DNA of 64,000 nt from Oikopleura dioica. Lineage: Eukaryota > Animalia > Chordata. The notes beneath the pieces are model-generated. The model saw only the letters and a program-made list of their open reading frames with translations. It had not been told where the DNA came from and did not search any database. The stretch lies in the NCBI GenBank assembly GCA_907165135.1, contig OU015568.1, forward strand, positions 1,054,001-1,118,000, given 5' to 3'. This document shows positions 24,056-41,121 of the stretch, piece by piece (the first letter of the stretch is position 1; each line of letters begins with the position of its first letter). The position numbers and the translations under genes are program-made.

Positions 24056-26074
24056 TCAGAAGTCGTCTTGCGAGAGAAAATTTGATATAATAAAGTTGCT
24101 CAAATTGAGAAGACGAAACCAAATTTTCATCAATAATTGAGCATGAGGATTGACCGCATCTTTTAAAATGGAGGTTCCAACGATCGAAGTTGTTGTATTT
24201 GGTTCACCTTGTTCAGAACATAAAGTACCAGATGATTCGAGCTCAGAAATCTAGAGGAATATTAAAAAGAACATTGATCAAAAATACCAAGATATTGCCA
24301 TAGTAAAATCCGTTAACACAAGTGTTACTTCCAAGATAAATTGATGATTCTTCATTAGAAATTGACCAATGTCCATTTGCCGCCATTTTCAAAGTGTAAT
24401 TACCTTTCTGTCAGGCTTCAGCACCCTTGTTGAAACGCATGTTGTTGGAAGAGACCCATTCGCCGACCCACTTACCGTTGGTGGAGTCACCAACCCATTT
24501 ACCAACCCATTTTCGGAAAGTAGGTATTTCCAAATCCCAAAAATTTGGAACAAAATTATTTTGACTTGGCCTTTCAAAGAGGATTAAAAAAAATCAAATC
24601 TCAGTGATTATTCATAAATTATGAATCATAATTTATGATATCAAAATTAACATGGGAGAACCTTATTTTGTTCTTTTTGGAAATCCTCACAATAAGTAAA
24701 ATAAGCGTTGCCTAAACATTTGCTTTTTCTCGAACCCATTTTCCAGGATCCGTCTGGTCTTGGCCAGATGTAATTTTCACTTCCAATTTTTTTGAAGACA
24801 GGGATATTCGGAGCATACTAGCACCAGTCAATTTGATCAATTCGAACAAAAATTCCTGAGTCGAAACCATAGTACGCATCGCCATGGGCAAGTGTTAATC
24901 TCAGCGACTTTGGATGAGTGTCATTAATTACTTTTGAATAAGCGCCAGTCCATTCTTGTAACAGCCATTTTCAGAAACATAGAAGGTTTCTGGTTCGCAA
25001 TATTCATCGCAGAAAGCTAGTTCTTCATCGGATCCGTCGGCACAGTCTTTTATTCCGTCACAAAGTCGGCTTTCGAGATACTCAGCACCACTGTTACAAG
25101 ATCGGACCTTTATAAATTCCTCTCCTGGTTGACCACAAAAGCCTTCGTACATTTTTGCAAGCTGAAAAACGTCTGTTGATGAGAGTCGTTCAACTTCTGG
25201 CCATTGGACAGGGTCTCCATCCAGATTCGTGATAGTTGGTAATTCATCTACCGCAGCTTCAATCGTTTGGAATGAAAAAGCGTCGTAGTGCATGATAGAC
25301 TGTATATGATATACAGTATATCATAAGGACTTGACATATCGAACCAGGCAAAGGCATTTATCTTCTCGAAAGCGTATCGTTTCTCAGGTCTAATACGATC
25401 GAAATAGACAATTACATGATCGTCTCGATCGGGTCTTTCATGTTCATGATCAAATCCAAGCGCATGCAGCACTTCATGGTTGACTACGTCGCTTCTTAGG
25501 CAACCTGATGCAAGGTTGATTCTTTGGCCATTAGGGAACGATGGATCATCGCCGTGATAACCGATGTATGACTTGCAGCCATCATTTTCATCATCTTGAA
25601 AATCGATCCAATGAGAGTGAGCTTGAGCTTCACTGTCGTCAACAAATCGAATGCACCCACCAACATCAGCTGTTATCAAATCGAGAGACTCAGCAATGAT
25701 TCGTTGGGCATCAGCAATGGAAGTATGAGCTCCGTTTCTGAATCGGTACGGGATAAGGAGGTAAGGTCGATCTTCAACACCATAAGTATTTCCAGGCCAG
25801 CGTTGATTAGTACGCGCTCCTCTTGGTCGAATGAGCGAAGATGTTTCACCAAGAGCTTCAGGATGAATGGTTGCCTGCCAAATATTATAAATAAAAAAAT
25901 TGAAAATAATTTATATGCTCTTAAAAGATATAAGAAGATATTTTATAACATTTTCTTGGACATATCTATTCCAGCTATCAGAGCTTGCTCCTTAGTCCGA
26001 ATTAGATCATCGTGCATGTAGTCCAGAGGCGGAGGAGTTACAGTTGACTCATTTATGGAGGATACCGTTGGCAT
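24056..26074 (-). pseudogene. Astacin (M12A) metalloprotease with LDLa module; this copy is frameshifted by a 14-nt insertion
   Basis: HEVLHALGFDHEHERPDRDDHV zinc motif; the SIMHY Met-turn is in a different frame; CDGIKDCADGSDEE LDLa. Removing 25303-25316 restores PYDIQSIMHY. Both gene ends are approximate. Confidence 0.75.
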
Positions 26075-28484
26075 GATCTCTCAAAATTCTTTTTCGATAG
26101 AAACTCAGAATAAAAAGAGCGGTCAGAATTTTTACTATTTACATTCATTGAACGTCAATAAAAAAGGTGCTTTTTTCAGGAATATATTTATAAAACAGCA
26201 GATGGGCCGTTTAGCTCATTAGTAAAAGTCAAGAACCATTCAAAGTCAAATTTGTTTCAAAGAAAAACAAGCTGATTCTCCGCTTTTTCAGCAACAAAGC
26301 TTTAATGAAAGGCTGATTCTCTTGCGTAAAAATCTTTTTTTAATCTAATTTTTAACGCACAAGGTGGTAAATAATTTAATTATTGAATTAAAACTTGTTC
26401 TGAAGAAATGATTCATTGCAGGTGAGACACCACCCCCACTTCTCTTTTCGTCCAGTGAGAGCGTGAGGAGTGCGAATAATTAGTCGTTTTTGTTAATTTT
26501 TTATTCATTGGAATCAAGGAGGAAAATAAGGCGAATTCCGAACAGATACAGTTTCAAAATAGAGAAAATAGAGAGACGATACAATGAACGGGAGCAGTGG
26601 GGATGAAACAGCGTTGTTGAATCAGTTGAACAATCTTTGTTTGAGGAATCAGAAGATGCAGTACAATAGGTACAGTTATTTGTGGTTGTAAACCCTTAAT
26701 TTTTACAAAATAGGCATTTTCGGTTCATAGAAATATCGCGCTTATAAAAATAGAAATATCACACAAGCAAAAAAAGATAAAATCATCCGAAAAGGCGACC
26801 CAAAATAAGAAAGACCAAAAAGCCAACAAGCCACTCAGCAAATTTAATCAGCAATTATCAGAATGGTCTGCCGGCCCAGAGGCGAATTATTCTAAAAGAC
26901 AGAATTTTTTTTGTACCGCTTAGTCTGGCCGACCTGAGTAAACTTGGAGTCAGCCCAACAGCTCTTTTGTAAAAGTTACGAATTCGCGGACACTAAGAAA
27001 AAGAGCATACAGTGAATAGGAGAGCACATATAGAGAGCAAGAGAAGATGGAGATTCCTTCTAGTCAGTATAGCAAGTGAGTTAAAATCAAAAATATTTTT
27101 TATGAAAAGAATAAATGGGGCAGAAACAGGAAGAAACTCGTAAGTATTTGTTTCATAACAATTATTGAGCTTGACCATTTGTCATAAAAAGACACTCCAT
27201 AGAAATATTAAGAGGAGGGGGCTCTTATTTTTGAGGTTTTTTAAAATAAAGATTCAAATTCCACTCTATTATTTTCCCCGAATTTCTTTCTTTTGATAGC
27301 GCTGCCCTAGAACAATTGGTTTTGGCGACTTTCCAGAGTCATCATGTCATTTTATGTCCATTTGAATTTTGAATGAACTTTTGAACTTTTCTCAATTTGA
27401 ACTTTTGTCAGAGAGCGCCCTCTCCGCTAAAAAGACCATCCTTTTTTCAAACAAAAAGATATTTCTCCTTCAACCAGATTATCTGTGAGACCTCGGGATC
27501 AGTCACTATTGTCTCTCAGGATAATTTTTTCGCTCTTTTGTCTCTCTTTTTTTCTGACCTTTCTGGACGCGTTTTTTCAATCAATTTCTTTTTTGTTCGA
27601 TTTCTGACGGCCAAGGTCGCCAATAAACAATTTTATTTCGACCGGGTTCATCGTTGTCCACGGCGGGCTTAATTGAATGAAAATTAAGTTGCCACACTGA
27701 CGCGCTAAAAGCCATCTTTTCGGATCCCTTCAATTATTCAAATCATTCAAAATAACCAAGAGAAAGAAAAAAAGAAGCGCCGAAGTCAGAGGACCGCGGC
27801 CAACTTGGCCGGTAAACGCAAAGAAAAGTTGTAAAAAACGCGCCCATCTGGAAAAGAGAGATAGAGCAAAATAAAGCCAAGACAAAAGCGTTTTTTTGGG
27901 AATCAAGAAAGAGAATTTTCCGGCGAAAAAAAGGCAAAATGGAGGCAAAAACCGTTATTCGCCATGAAAAGCAATATCAAAGGTACTTATAAATTGAACT
28001 CATGGAGAAAGAGAATTTTATGGGCAAAAACTTCTGGGAGATTTCCATTTTAACGAGCATAGTTTTCCTTCGGAGGGGCCGAATTACAACAGATTTTGAA
28101 ACCAAAGGCTTGTTATTAAGCGAATCATCCTCAGTCCTTCGAGAAAGTTCTTGTCGGGTTGAACTGTTGATATAATATTCGCGATTTAAAAATTCATGCC
28201 GTCAGACAAATGTCGATAACCGGCCTTTTCTCGAGTAGCTGGCCCATCTAAATGTTGCAGTATTTAATTAGCTTCATCGATCTTTAGTTCCATTTCAATT
28301 CGAATTAATTGCAAATAACGGATCCATTCAGTTTTTCGAAGTTCAATTATTCTTGGTCTTACGATTCTTGGTCTCGACTTTCTAGTAATCATTGAACTCG
28401 ATTCTTGCAAGAAATTTTCTAGATCTTGCATTGATCACTCGATCCAAGTCTAAATATCTCTTAGAATAGAAAAAGAGAGCAAAA

Positions 28485-31703
<3,219 letters not shown>

Positions 31704-32074
31704 GAAGCTTATCTATCTTCACTTCTGTATCTTTTTTCACTCTAGAAAATCACCTTCACTTGTTTTCACCACACTAGTAGACTGTCAACTGCTGAGGATA
31801 ATTACACACAGACAGAACTCTCGCTCTTTGTGCGCTTAGAAAATATTTTAAACTTTCACAACTTACCTTTTTTCAGAAAAGAATATTTAAATTAATAAAG
31901 GCAAAATTGAGGATCGTCAAAATTTCATTTTTTTATTTATTATTTGTACACAAGAAAGAACGGAAAATATGATTTTATCCGTTCGCAGTTATTTTGTTTG
32001 AGAAACTCGTTTCGAATTTCTACGTCTTTGGATCAAAAACAGAAAACAGGAAAATATTTTTTGACTTTAAGAAC

Positions 32075-34278
32075 CTACACCGTGTAGATTCCTCTTGTTG
32101 GAGCGGGGACCTCTGAAGATGACGAATCGGCTGCTTCGGCAAATATTTGGAAGTCAGAGCGATAAGGGCCCCAGAAATCACCATGAAGAGCTTATATCGA
32201 GTTTTCAAAAGGTTAAAGGGGCTGTTGAAGTACCTGGGTCAGAAGCTGGATCAGGAAGTGGATGCCATGGTTCCCGAACATTGTCCATTTCTTTGTGAAG
32301 TCGATGCAGAAGCTTGTGGGTAAGGTTTGGCATTGTCCCACTAAATCATTCAAGCTACAAAACGACTGAGTGAACTATAAGGAACCTGAGATCATTTGCT
32401 TCTTGAGGGTCTTCTTTGATATTATACAGCCAGACGGTCTGGTAGTCAGATGCTTTCCGACGGAGAACTGAGTGTGATCCTACGACGACTTTATAATCTC
32501 CATCGATTATTACGCCTAAACCGTTAATCAAAAAGCTGCAAAGAAGAGTAACTGACCTTGAACTCGAGTATCCCAAGTACTATTCTGAAATCTTGTATCT
32601 TCTTCCCAAAGCCGAAGAAGTGGATTGATCTGCATGATGATCTCGGATCGTTTCTGTTCTTCTGCGATTTTGTCGCCTTGCAGGCGAGACCACAAGTCGT
32701 GGCCATCCAAGACTTTCGGTGGAAGAGTGTGACATTTTGCTGCGGAAAGCATGGTTGGAAGAACGTCCGACACGTGAGACAAATCGTTGAGCTAAAAAAG
32801 ACTAAGTTTTCTAAGAAAAAAATTCGTCATACCTTTTTGCCGCGCATTTTGTTCGGGATGGCAGGACCAGAGAAAAAGCCATATCCCGTTATGCCTCCTT
32901 GCCAAAAGTCATTCTTGCCACCTTTCAAGACGAAAGCCGAGTCATCTTCTCGACCATTATCGTTCGAAAAATAGATCAAGGTGTTATTCCACAGGCCTGA
33001 ATCTTTGAGCCCGTCGACGATTTCGCCCACAGCTGCGTCAAGAGCAGTGACCATTCCAGCGAAGACTCGTTGGCCGTTTGACATTTGGACATTGTCGTTG
33101 TAGAGGCTGACGTATTGCTGGGGAGCTTCGGTTTGTTCAAAAAATGAACAAATAAAAACCATAATTTCGCGATTGGATTGAAGAATTAGGCCTTTCAACA
33201 GACCAGATTGAAATTGAGCTAGAATTCGAATCCATGTAAGTAAGTGCACGGTGGTCCGTTTTAATTAAACTTATTTTTAATAAATTTTGATGAACACTTT
33301 TGAACATTTCCTTGAAGAGGTCGATGAACCGACTGGAAGGCAACGTACATGTAGAGTGGCTCTGTTTTGTTGTGAGCGAAGAATTTTTCTCGAGCTTTTC
33401 TCTGATATCAAATCTGTCCCCGTATACATTTACGTTCGTTGATTTGAAGATCAGTTCCTTTATCAGCGTACAAGAAGGGTTGATACTTCATCGATGTATC
33501 TCTTACTGGACCTTGCTCGGTTCTCAAGTCATATCCGCAGAGATTTCCATAGTTTCTCAGCTTCAGGCATTTTCTTCTACTATAGTAATCCTGTCCCCCT
33601 AAAGATTTCTGGTTAAAAATGATTATGAAAAGGTCTCTTACCGAGAAGTTGTCCAAAAAACTCATCAAATCCGCGCTTCCAAGGAAGATAATTGTCTTTG
33701 AAAAATCCAAGCTGCCATTTTCCGACCATGTATGTTTTGTAGCCGCACTCCTTCATGTACTGAGGCATAATGTACTAAGAAAACGAAGCTTTAGTGTTTG
33801 TCCTTTGGAATGAATAAGTACGGGGACGACGGTACAAGATCCGGTACTCGTCTCCGATAATAACCTCATCAAGTGGCAGGCCAGCTGGTCTGTATCCAAC
33901 GAGGTTTTCGTGTTGCAAACCTAACCTGAACCAAATTTTTAGGTTATATTATAAAGGATTTTAAGGCGGTTGAAGTTATTTCCCGCGGATTTACTTTTTC
34001 TTCAGCCTTTTTTCGATAGTCTCATACCTGTATGGATATCGACCAGTCATCAGACTTCCTCTCGTTGGCGAGCAAACTGGTTGAACATAGTAGTTATTCA
34101 GTAGGACTCCATCTCTAGCTAGCATGTCCAAATTTGGGGTGTAAATGTCCGCCCCGTGCATGGAAACATCGTGTTTTCCAAGATCATCTGCTACAATTAC
34201 GACTATATTTGGCGGTTGCTCCGCTTCGGCTATACTGGCTGATAAGCCTAACATATACAATAATTTTAAATTTCTCAT
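32075..34278 (-). CDS. Arylsulfatase, ARSB/I/J-like
   Basis: Signal peptide, [13 protein letters not shown], formylglycine motif [48 protein letters not shown]. Confidence 0.93.
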
Positions 34279-37062
34279 TTTTTTCCAATATTTTTTTTTT
34301 CTTTTTTTTGTGTTTCTCTTATTTATTTTGTTACGTTTACTTCTTTTTCAATTCAAAAAATATTTTTTAAAACGGTGAACGGTTTGATTTTACGGAAAGT
34401 TTGCGGATAAAACAAGGGCTCCACCTTTCTTTCTCTATTTTTCCTGACGTCGGCGAGAAACCGCGGGGTTGGTGGTGGTGGTGGCGCTTCCACTTCATGA
34501 ATCATGTAGGTAGCATGAGCACTAATACTAGAAATTACGGGCACCCTGGGGGCGATATTACGAATATGAGATGGAGGGGGTTATGATTGCGTAAAGAACT
34601 TAGAAACACTTTGTTTTCGTGATTCACACTACCACGTAGTTTGACGTCAGAAGCACAGGATATTTTATACAGTAAGTTTTTGAATAAAATTTCTTAGCAT
34701 AATGATTATTGAAGTCAAAATTTTTAGTGAAAATATGAGCAAAAAAAATCGTAAAAAATTTTTTCTCGTTAAAATGAGGTCAATTATTCTTTAAAAGACG
34801 TAAAGTCAAAACAAACTGGGCTGAGTAGCTCCGGCGCGGTTAGACGTGAACTTTTGACGAACCACAGGATTTTCCGAGTCAGGCGAATTCTGCGGCTCAG
34901 ACGAATACTGAAGACGGCCGCAATAATGGGCCAACGGAATTGCCTCTCAAACGTGAAAGATATGTTAAAATGCTCGCACAAGAACGCGCCTTCGGAATTC
35001 TGACCAAGAAACTTTTCGGTTAAAAGGATTAATAGAGACTTCTAGCTTGAATTCAGATTGCCCTAGTTTAACTTTTTCCTTGTTTTTTTTGCTTTCTTAA
35101 TAATTTATTTGGTTGTATTTAAAATGAAAATAAATAAAGGTATTTTCCGTTAGTTGAACTCGATCAGGAGATTTTTGGGTTCGACGAATGTTCAGAATTG
35201 TTGGTTTTGAAAGATTGTCAGAATTGAGCTTGCAGTAGAGTTTGGAGTCGCATGGCAATTTTTATCGTCCAATGAAGTCGAGATCGGAGAAAATGAGGGA
35301 GAAGCTTCGGGAGACGGATCGAAAGTGTGTTCTGGGTAAAGGTGGGAATTGTCGTACACGCAAGGAGTCTGAAAGATAATGGTCAACGGCCTGATCTTGT
35401 GTAATTATCAGAAAATATATGTTGAAATCGGAACAAAGGAGATTTTCGTTTGTTTTCCTTATGTTTCCGAACAGTCTGTTTCCGAAAGTACGGACGCGAT
35501 AAATCCGGACTATTCTCTTATTTTTTGATTTCGTGCGCATTTCTAGCATTTCATTGTTACGGTAAAAATTCTGTTTCATTATTGACAAAAATTTACTATT
35601 TATTATCCTCAATTCAAGTTTATCAGAATAAAACAAAAGCAAATAGAAAAATGGTTCGTCACAAACGGTATCAAGTTAATGAAATAATCCAAGAACTTGG
35701 ATGAAACATCTTTTTGGCCACGTAGACTTGACTCAACGGCATTATCTAGACTTTCTAGGCTCCTTCATTAATGAAGGCCACGTAGCGTTAAATGCATTTG
35801 AGGCAACATCTTTAAATATTGGGAGAGATAAATGCCGAAAAATTATGACTTCTTAAAATAGGCTATTTGGATAAACCTGACTAAATTTCCAGAAACAATC
35901 GATTTTTTTTTCAATATATGTGTAATAATTTACTTCGATAAAATATACCCTTGCTTTCTATAACGACGTCTACACCCTAAAAATGACTCACCAGTGATGT
36001 TGAGCTTGATTCTGAAGAAGTCGAAGTAGTTGATCCATCAGATTGTCTTCTGTTGAACCTCAGCATTTCAAAAAACTTCGAATCAACGAAATCTGGGTCA
36101 ATTCTGTCGAATGGAACGCGCCTTGGTTTATTGATGAATCCAGTCTGTCCTGGTTGTCTTCTCTTCTCTATTTTTCCTCTTGGTCGTTTCAAGTGCGTTG
36201 CAAATTCGATTGGTTTTCTTGATTCTTGGGTTCTTTTGGACTTTGTTTGCTGGTAGATATGAGAAGAAGGAGGAGCATCCGAGTTTTGAACCGGTTGGTA
36301 TTGTATCGGCGGTTCGGGCGGAAACCAACGGGAAGAAGTTTTTTGTCCATTCGGCGAGTTCTCAAGTGGCATGCTATTCAGAGTATATGTTGCGTTAAGA
36401 AGTTGGGAAAGAAGCGGGCATTGCTGGGGAGAACCGAAATACAGCGTCATAAAAAATTCTCTTAGCCACTAAATAAAATTTATTTTCATTGATTCTGATC
36501 ACTCAATTTTCTAAAATTTTCTTTCTCAATTTCATATACCAGAGAAACTATTTTAAAGCCACCTCTACTCTCTTACCTTATTAATCTTCTTTTTATCCTC
36601 CTTTTTTCAATCTCTTATTTTTGCGAAAAAAAATAAGTAAAATTGTGTGCGTCCGCGCAAATCGCTCGCTTTTCTCTTTATAAGACACGGCTAGTCAGTT
36701 TCTTCTATTTGGGTGTCTATTTTTTTCTAGGGCAAGGGGAAGTTTTTAAGTAGGTCAGTAGACACGTGTAACACCGGGGGGCTAAAGTGGGTCAAAGATG
36801 GCTGTTTCTCGTTTTTTATTACTCGCACGATCGTCCTTTTTATTTGATGATGATCAGAAGACAAAGAATCTACCGGGCGAATTTCTCCGAGAATAAACTA
36901 TATCTTCCGATAATACATTGTCAGCATTTCGTAACCAGGCAATTAATGGCGCCAGAGGGATCTCAACGTAAAATAAGCTTTTAAATAACTTACAATTTAC
37001 CGTAAATATCATAAACTCATTTAATAAATTATTATTTGGCATCCAGTTTTGCGAAAAGAACT

Positions 37063-37113
37063 GAAAATAGACTCCAAAGCAAAAAAAAATGGAAAATAGA
37101 CTCCAAAGCAAAA
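37063..37113. repeat. Short tandem duplication (period 29)
   Basis: GAAAATAGACTCCAAAGCAAAA occurs at 37063 and at 37092. Confidence 0.8.
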
Positions 37114-37790
37114 GAAAAGCTTCGATAAGTCTAAAATATTGGATTGCAAAATATAGACACTCCGTTCTGAGTCCAAATTCGGACTCTTGACATAGAGGAT
37201 GTGAAAGGAAAATCTTTTTGTCAGTGAGTAATAGCAGGAAATTACACTTGGCTCGTCTGAAAACGAAAATTTATTATTAATAGAATTACATATTAGCATT
37301 AAATTTTCTTTTTAAAAAAGCTTCATAATAGCCTATTATTAAAAGGCTTATCATGATATTCTAAGTTAGAATCTTAGGATTTTTTTCACAAGAAAATGCT
37401 CGAGAAGGATACCACTTTCTTGTTCACTTATTTATGAAAATTGAGGTCAAATATAGTCAAACAGGTTCTAATTTTATACCCCAACTGAACTTTATTTTGT
37501 CGCTATGAAATCATCAAATTTTACATTAAAAAAAGTTCACTCAATACTCGATGCACTCATATTCAAAACTCAGTATCACTAATCGCACCCAAAATAGAGA
37601 AGAATAAAAAGTTTTTTCCGACCCTCAGATTGATTCCTACCCCTGCGGCCAACCGCACGCATTCACCGGATGATCATATAATAAAATAATCTCCGACATT
37701 TTAGAAATTCATCGCCCGGGCAAGCGAGAAACGATAGGCGCTTTCAGAGACAAGAGGTTTTGAATTTTTCGTTAAGAAAAAAAAACAAAA

Positions 37791-40700
37791 ATGAAGCTTC
37801 TTGCGGGGCTTCTCGCCGCTAAAAGTGCTTTTGCAGAGGAATGTTCGGCTATGTGTGGTGGAGGTTTTTATCAGGTATGTCTAAGAAAGAGATTGGCAGG
37901 GGGATTCCTCACTATTCTTCAGGAAGGCGAACTGAAAATCCTCTGCAACGGAGAGCCATGTTCAATCTACGAAACTCAAACAATCGTTGCCAACAACCAC
38001 TTTGACGACCTCATTTCCTGGACAGCCAATGGCGGCATTACTCTCGCCACAGTTTCTCCTGGCTATTTCTCGGATAATGCGATGCATATTTCGGGCAGAA
38101 ATGCGAATTGGAAGAACCCGCAGCAAACTATCGACAAGTCCTTGTTGACGAACAGAAATTACTCCGGCAAGTTTTTCATCAAACTAGACTCAGATGTAGA
38201 CACAACTGTGCAAATGATGGCCAAAATCACCGTCAACGGGAGTCCTAGTTACTTTCAGCTCGGAAGTGTGAGCGTCTCGACCGCTGGAATCTGGTATCCA
38301 GTTCCCTTCACGCTTCTCGTCCCCCAAACAACTCTTGATACCGCTGAAAGTATTGTGCTGTACCCGCAAGTTTCTGATGCAATGGTTTCATACACGATTG
38401 ATGAGATGTTTATCGTTGAATCTGATGATCTTGTTTCATACACGTCTTTGGTTACTGATGGTGACTTTTCGACTGGACTTGGTATTTGGACGAGTCAAGA
38501 ATTGGTTTTCTAGTTATCCTTAATTTTCACGAGAATTCAAAAAGGAATTCAAATAAATTGTCAATTTCAATTAACTCCTAAATTATAAACATTAGACTTT
38601 TGACGAAAAGTCAAATTATTGTTTTTGTTTTTTAGAGCATTTTCAAACCATCAATCAGGAACACTTAAATATGTTCAAGACGATTCTGGAAACTCCTACG
38701 CTCGTGTAAGCGATCGATCAGCTGATTACTTTGGTTTGGAGCACGAAATCGCTGTCAACGAGCAAACAAAAAACAACGACATTGAGGTCTCCTACAAAAT
38801 GCGCACTGATGGGCAATACCACAGTGCGGGTAAACTTGTTGTCACCCATAGCACTGGCAAATCATACATCGGATGTGTCGCATCATGCCACCTTGCTAAT
38901 GACGATTGGCTGACTGTTGGCGGCAGATGTAACATCGCAACAGACAACGAGGATAATATCGATTTGAGTACAGTGACTTCAATCAAATTTGCCATCAGTG
39001 GAACTGGCTCCGATTCTGGCTTTGTCCTGCCGAACCTGTTTATCGACGATGTTACAGTTAGGCTCTACGAAAGAGATCTTTCCTGGGTCCCTGCCGCTGA
39101 TCAACGAATTGATTTCTTTCGAAAAGTTGGAGTCGATTTCGATGTTCAAACTCCTGGAGCAGCAAAAATTGAAGTGAAAATGACCAAGAATCATTTTCCT
39201 TTCGGAGCAACTTTCCATCAGCAAATGCCCGACGAAATGTCTGACTACAAAAGTTGGTTTGATATCTTCAATTTTGGCGTAGCGAGAAATGCATACAAGT
39301 GGAAGCAGCAAGAGAAAAGTCCCGGAGTTTATGATTGGTCGAAATCGGACGCTATCAATGACATTTTCTTTGAACAGCAAGTTCCTCTTCGAGGACATAC
39401 ACTTTTCTGGTCTGTGGATAAAAATGTTCAGCAATGGCTTCATGATGTTGCGGAATCAGGAAACATGACTGCTCTTCACGATTATACAATGAAACGAGTC
39501 GACGATATTGTGTTCCGATACCTCGGCAATATCACCGACTGGGACTTGTTCAATGAAGTTCACCATGGAGACTTTTTCCGAAGACACCTCGGCATTGAAA
39601 TCTGGACCGAGGTTCTCGATCGTTTGGATGCCATCGCTCCCAATACCGGCCAGGTTATGAATGATTATGAGCTGACAAGAGCTGACCATGGATCTTGTTT
39701 CTTGGACTTGATAAATCCGATAGTGGGAAGACTTGATGCTGTTGGCCTTCAAAGTCATTTTAAGAAGATTCCGAATAAACAAGTCTGGAATCGTTTGAAT
39801 GTAATGGCCGGAAAGAACCTTGAGAACCGCCTTCTTGTCACCGAGCTCGATGTTGACAATGCTGATGTAGAAGTTCGCGCTACCGACATTGGTGACGTCA
39901 TCAAAGTGATGTACTCACATCCAAACGTCGACGGCATCATCCTCTGGGGCTGGTTGCAAGAGATAGTCCGTCCGTGGCAGGAGGAAGCAGAAAACAAACG
40001 AAAGGTGCTCTTTGAAGACAATCTTGGCCATCTTGACTGGGCAAGCCCGATCATTCCCAAACCAGAAGTTTGTGACGAATACAACGTTCTCTGCAACTAC
40101 CCATTGAATGCTAACGCCGCAGGTCTCCGCTACCTAGAACTGGTCAAGCAAGAGTTCAATACGACCTCAGGACATGCAAACGTTGATGATTTAGATTTGG
40201 CAAGATTAGACGAAGAAGTCAAGCTCTTCCCGGGAGAATATGAAATCAAGGTTCTTGATGGGGACGGAAATATCATTGAAGAGCATGATATTGATATTCC
40301 ATTGCCAAAAGGTATGTGACTAAATCGTTTTACATGTCTTTTAAGGGAAACCATAAAGCCTTTATAATATAAGCCAATTTATATTTTTGTGAGATTAAAT
40401 CGCTGATCCTCATAAAAAAGTCTCACGAAAAAATTTCTCCAAACGGTTGTTTATTTAACGTATTTCAAAGATGCATGTTCATCTCTCCAGGTCTTCGAAT
40501 TCGAAGATTCATCGGCTCTAGAATCCAACTCGCTCTTTGAATACGCTGGCTCATTCTCCACTAAGCTCGACTCAGATGGATTCGTCAAGAATGGCCTCTC
40601 TTTTACCTATCGAACCGCAGCCTGGAACACTGTCAAGTTCAATTTGGCGGACATTCCTGATGAAACAGAGACAGTTGCATCTTTTTGGGCAAGAATTAAT

Positions 40701-41038
40701 GGGGCTGAAGAGACTTCAGCTGTTCTTACTAAGGAATCTGATTCTGGGTGGAATCCCTTGGCGACATTTGATGTCACTTCTGATAAGACACGTTACAAAA
40801 TCAATCAAAAAAATGTAATCAATTCTTTGAGAACAGTGTTTTGCAACGAAATAAGCTCTCGACCTGGGTGCAGATTAGTGCAACCTTTACGAAACAAGCT
40901 GGCGACAATTTTGTTTACCTCGAAACACCGGGTTCTACTGTGGATTTCTCCATCGATCACGTTTACGTTGGTTCCGCGAATGATTTCAATGCTTGCAAAA
41001 AGCTGCAGGTTAAGATTGGAGAAGGTAAGCAAAAGTGA
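37791..41038 (+). CDS. Secreted GH10 endo-xylanase-like enzyme with several CBM4_9/CBM22-like modules
   Basis: Signal peptide; CBM-like repeats (ISGRNANWKNPQQ; YARVSDRSADYFG; TYRTAAWNTVKF...IDHVYV). GH10 motifs FPFG, NAYKW, LRGHTLFW, WDLFNE (acid/base Glu), GLQSHF, VTELDV (nucleophile Glu). Confidence 0.9.
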
Positions 41039-41121
41039 TATTATCAAAGTTTATCAAAACAGAACAAATATCTTGTGTTTATTTTTCAAATCAATAAACT
41101 TTATTTTCCTCTTTCCTTGGC

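Noticed and set aside
34353-36450. Several short low-complexity ORFs (poly-Pro, Ser-rich)
   Set aside because: May be real exons, but no coherent gene model or domain could be supported.
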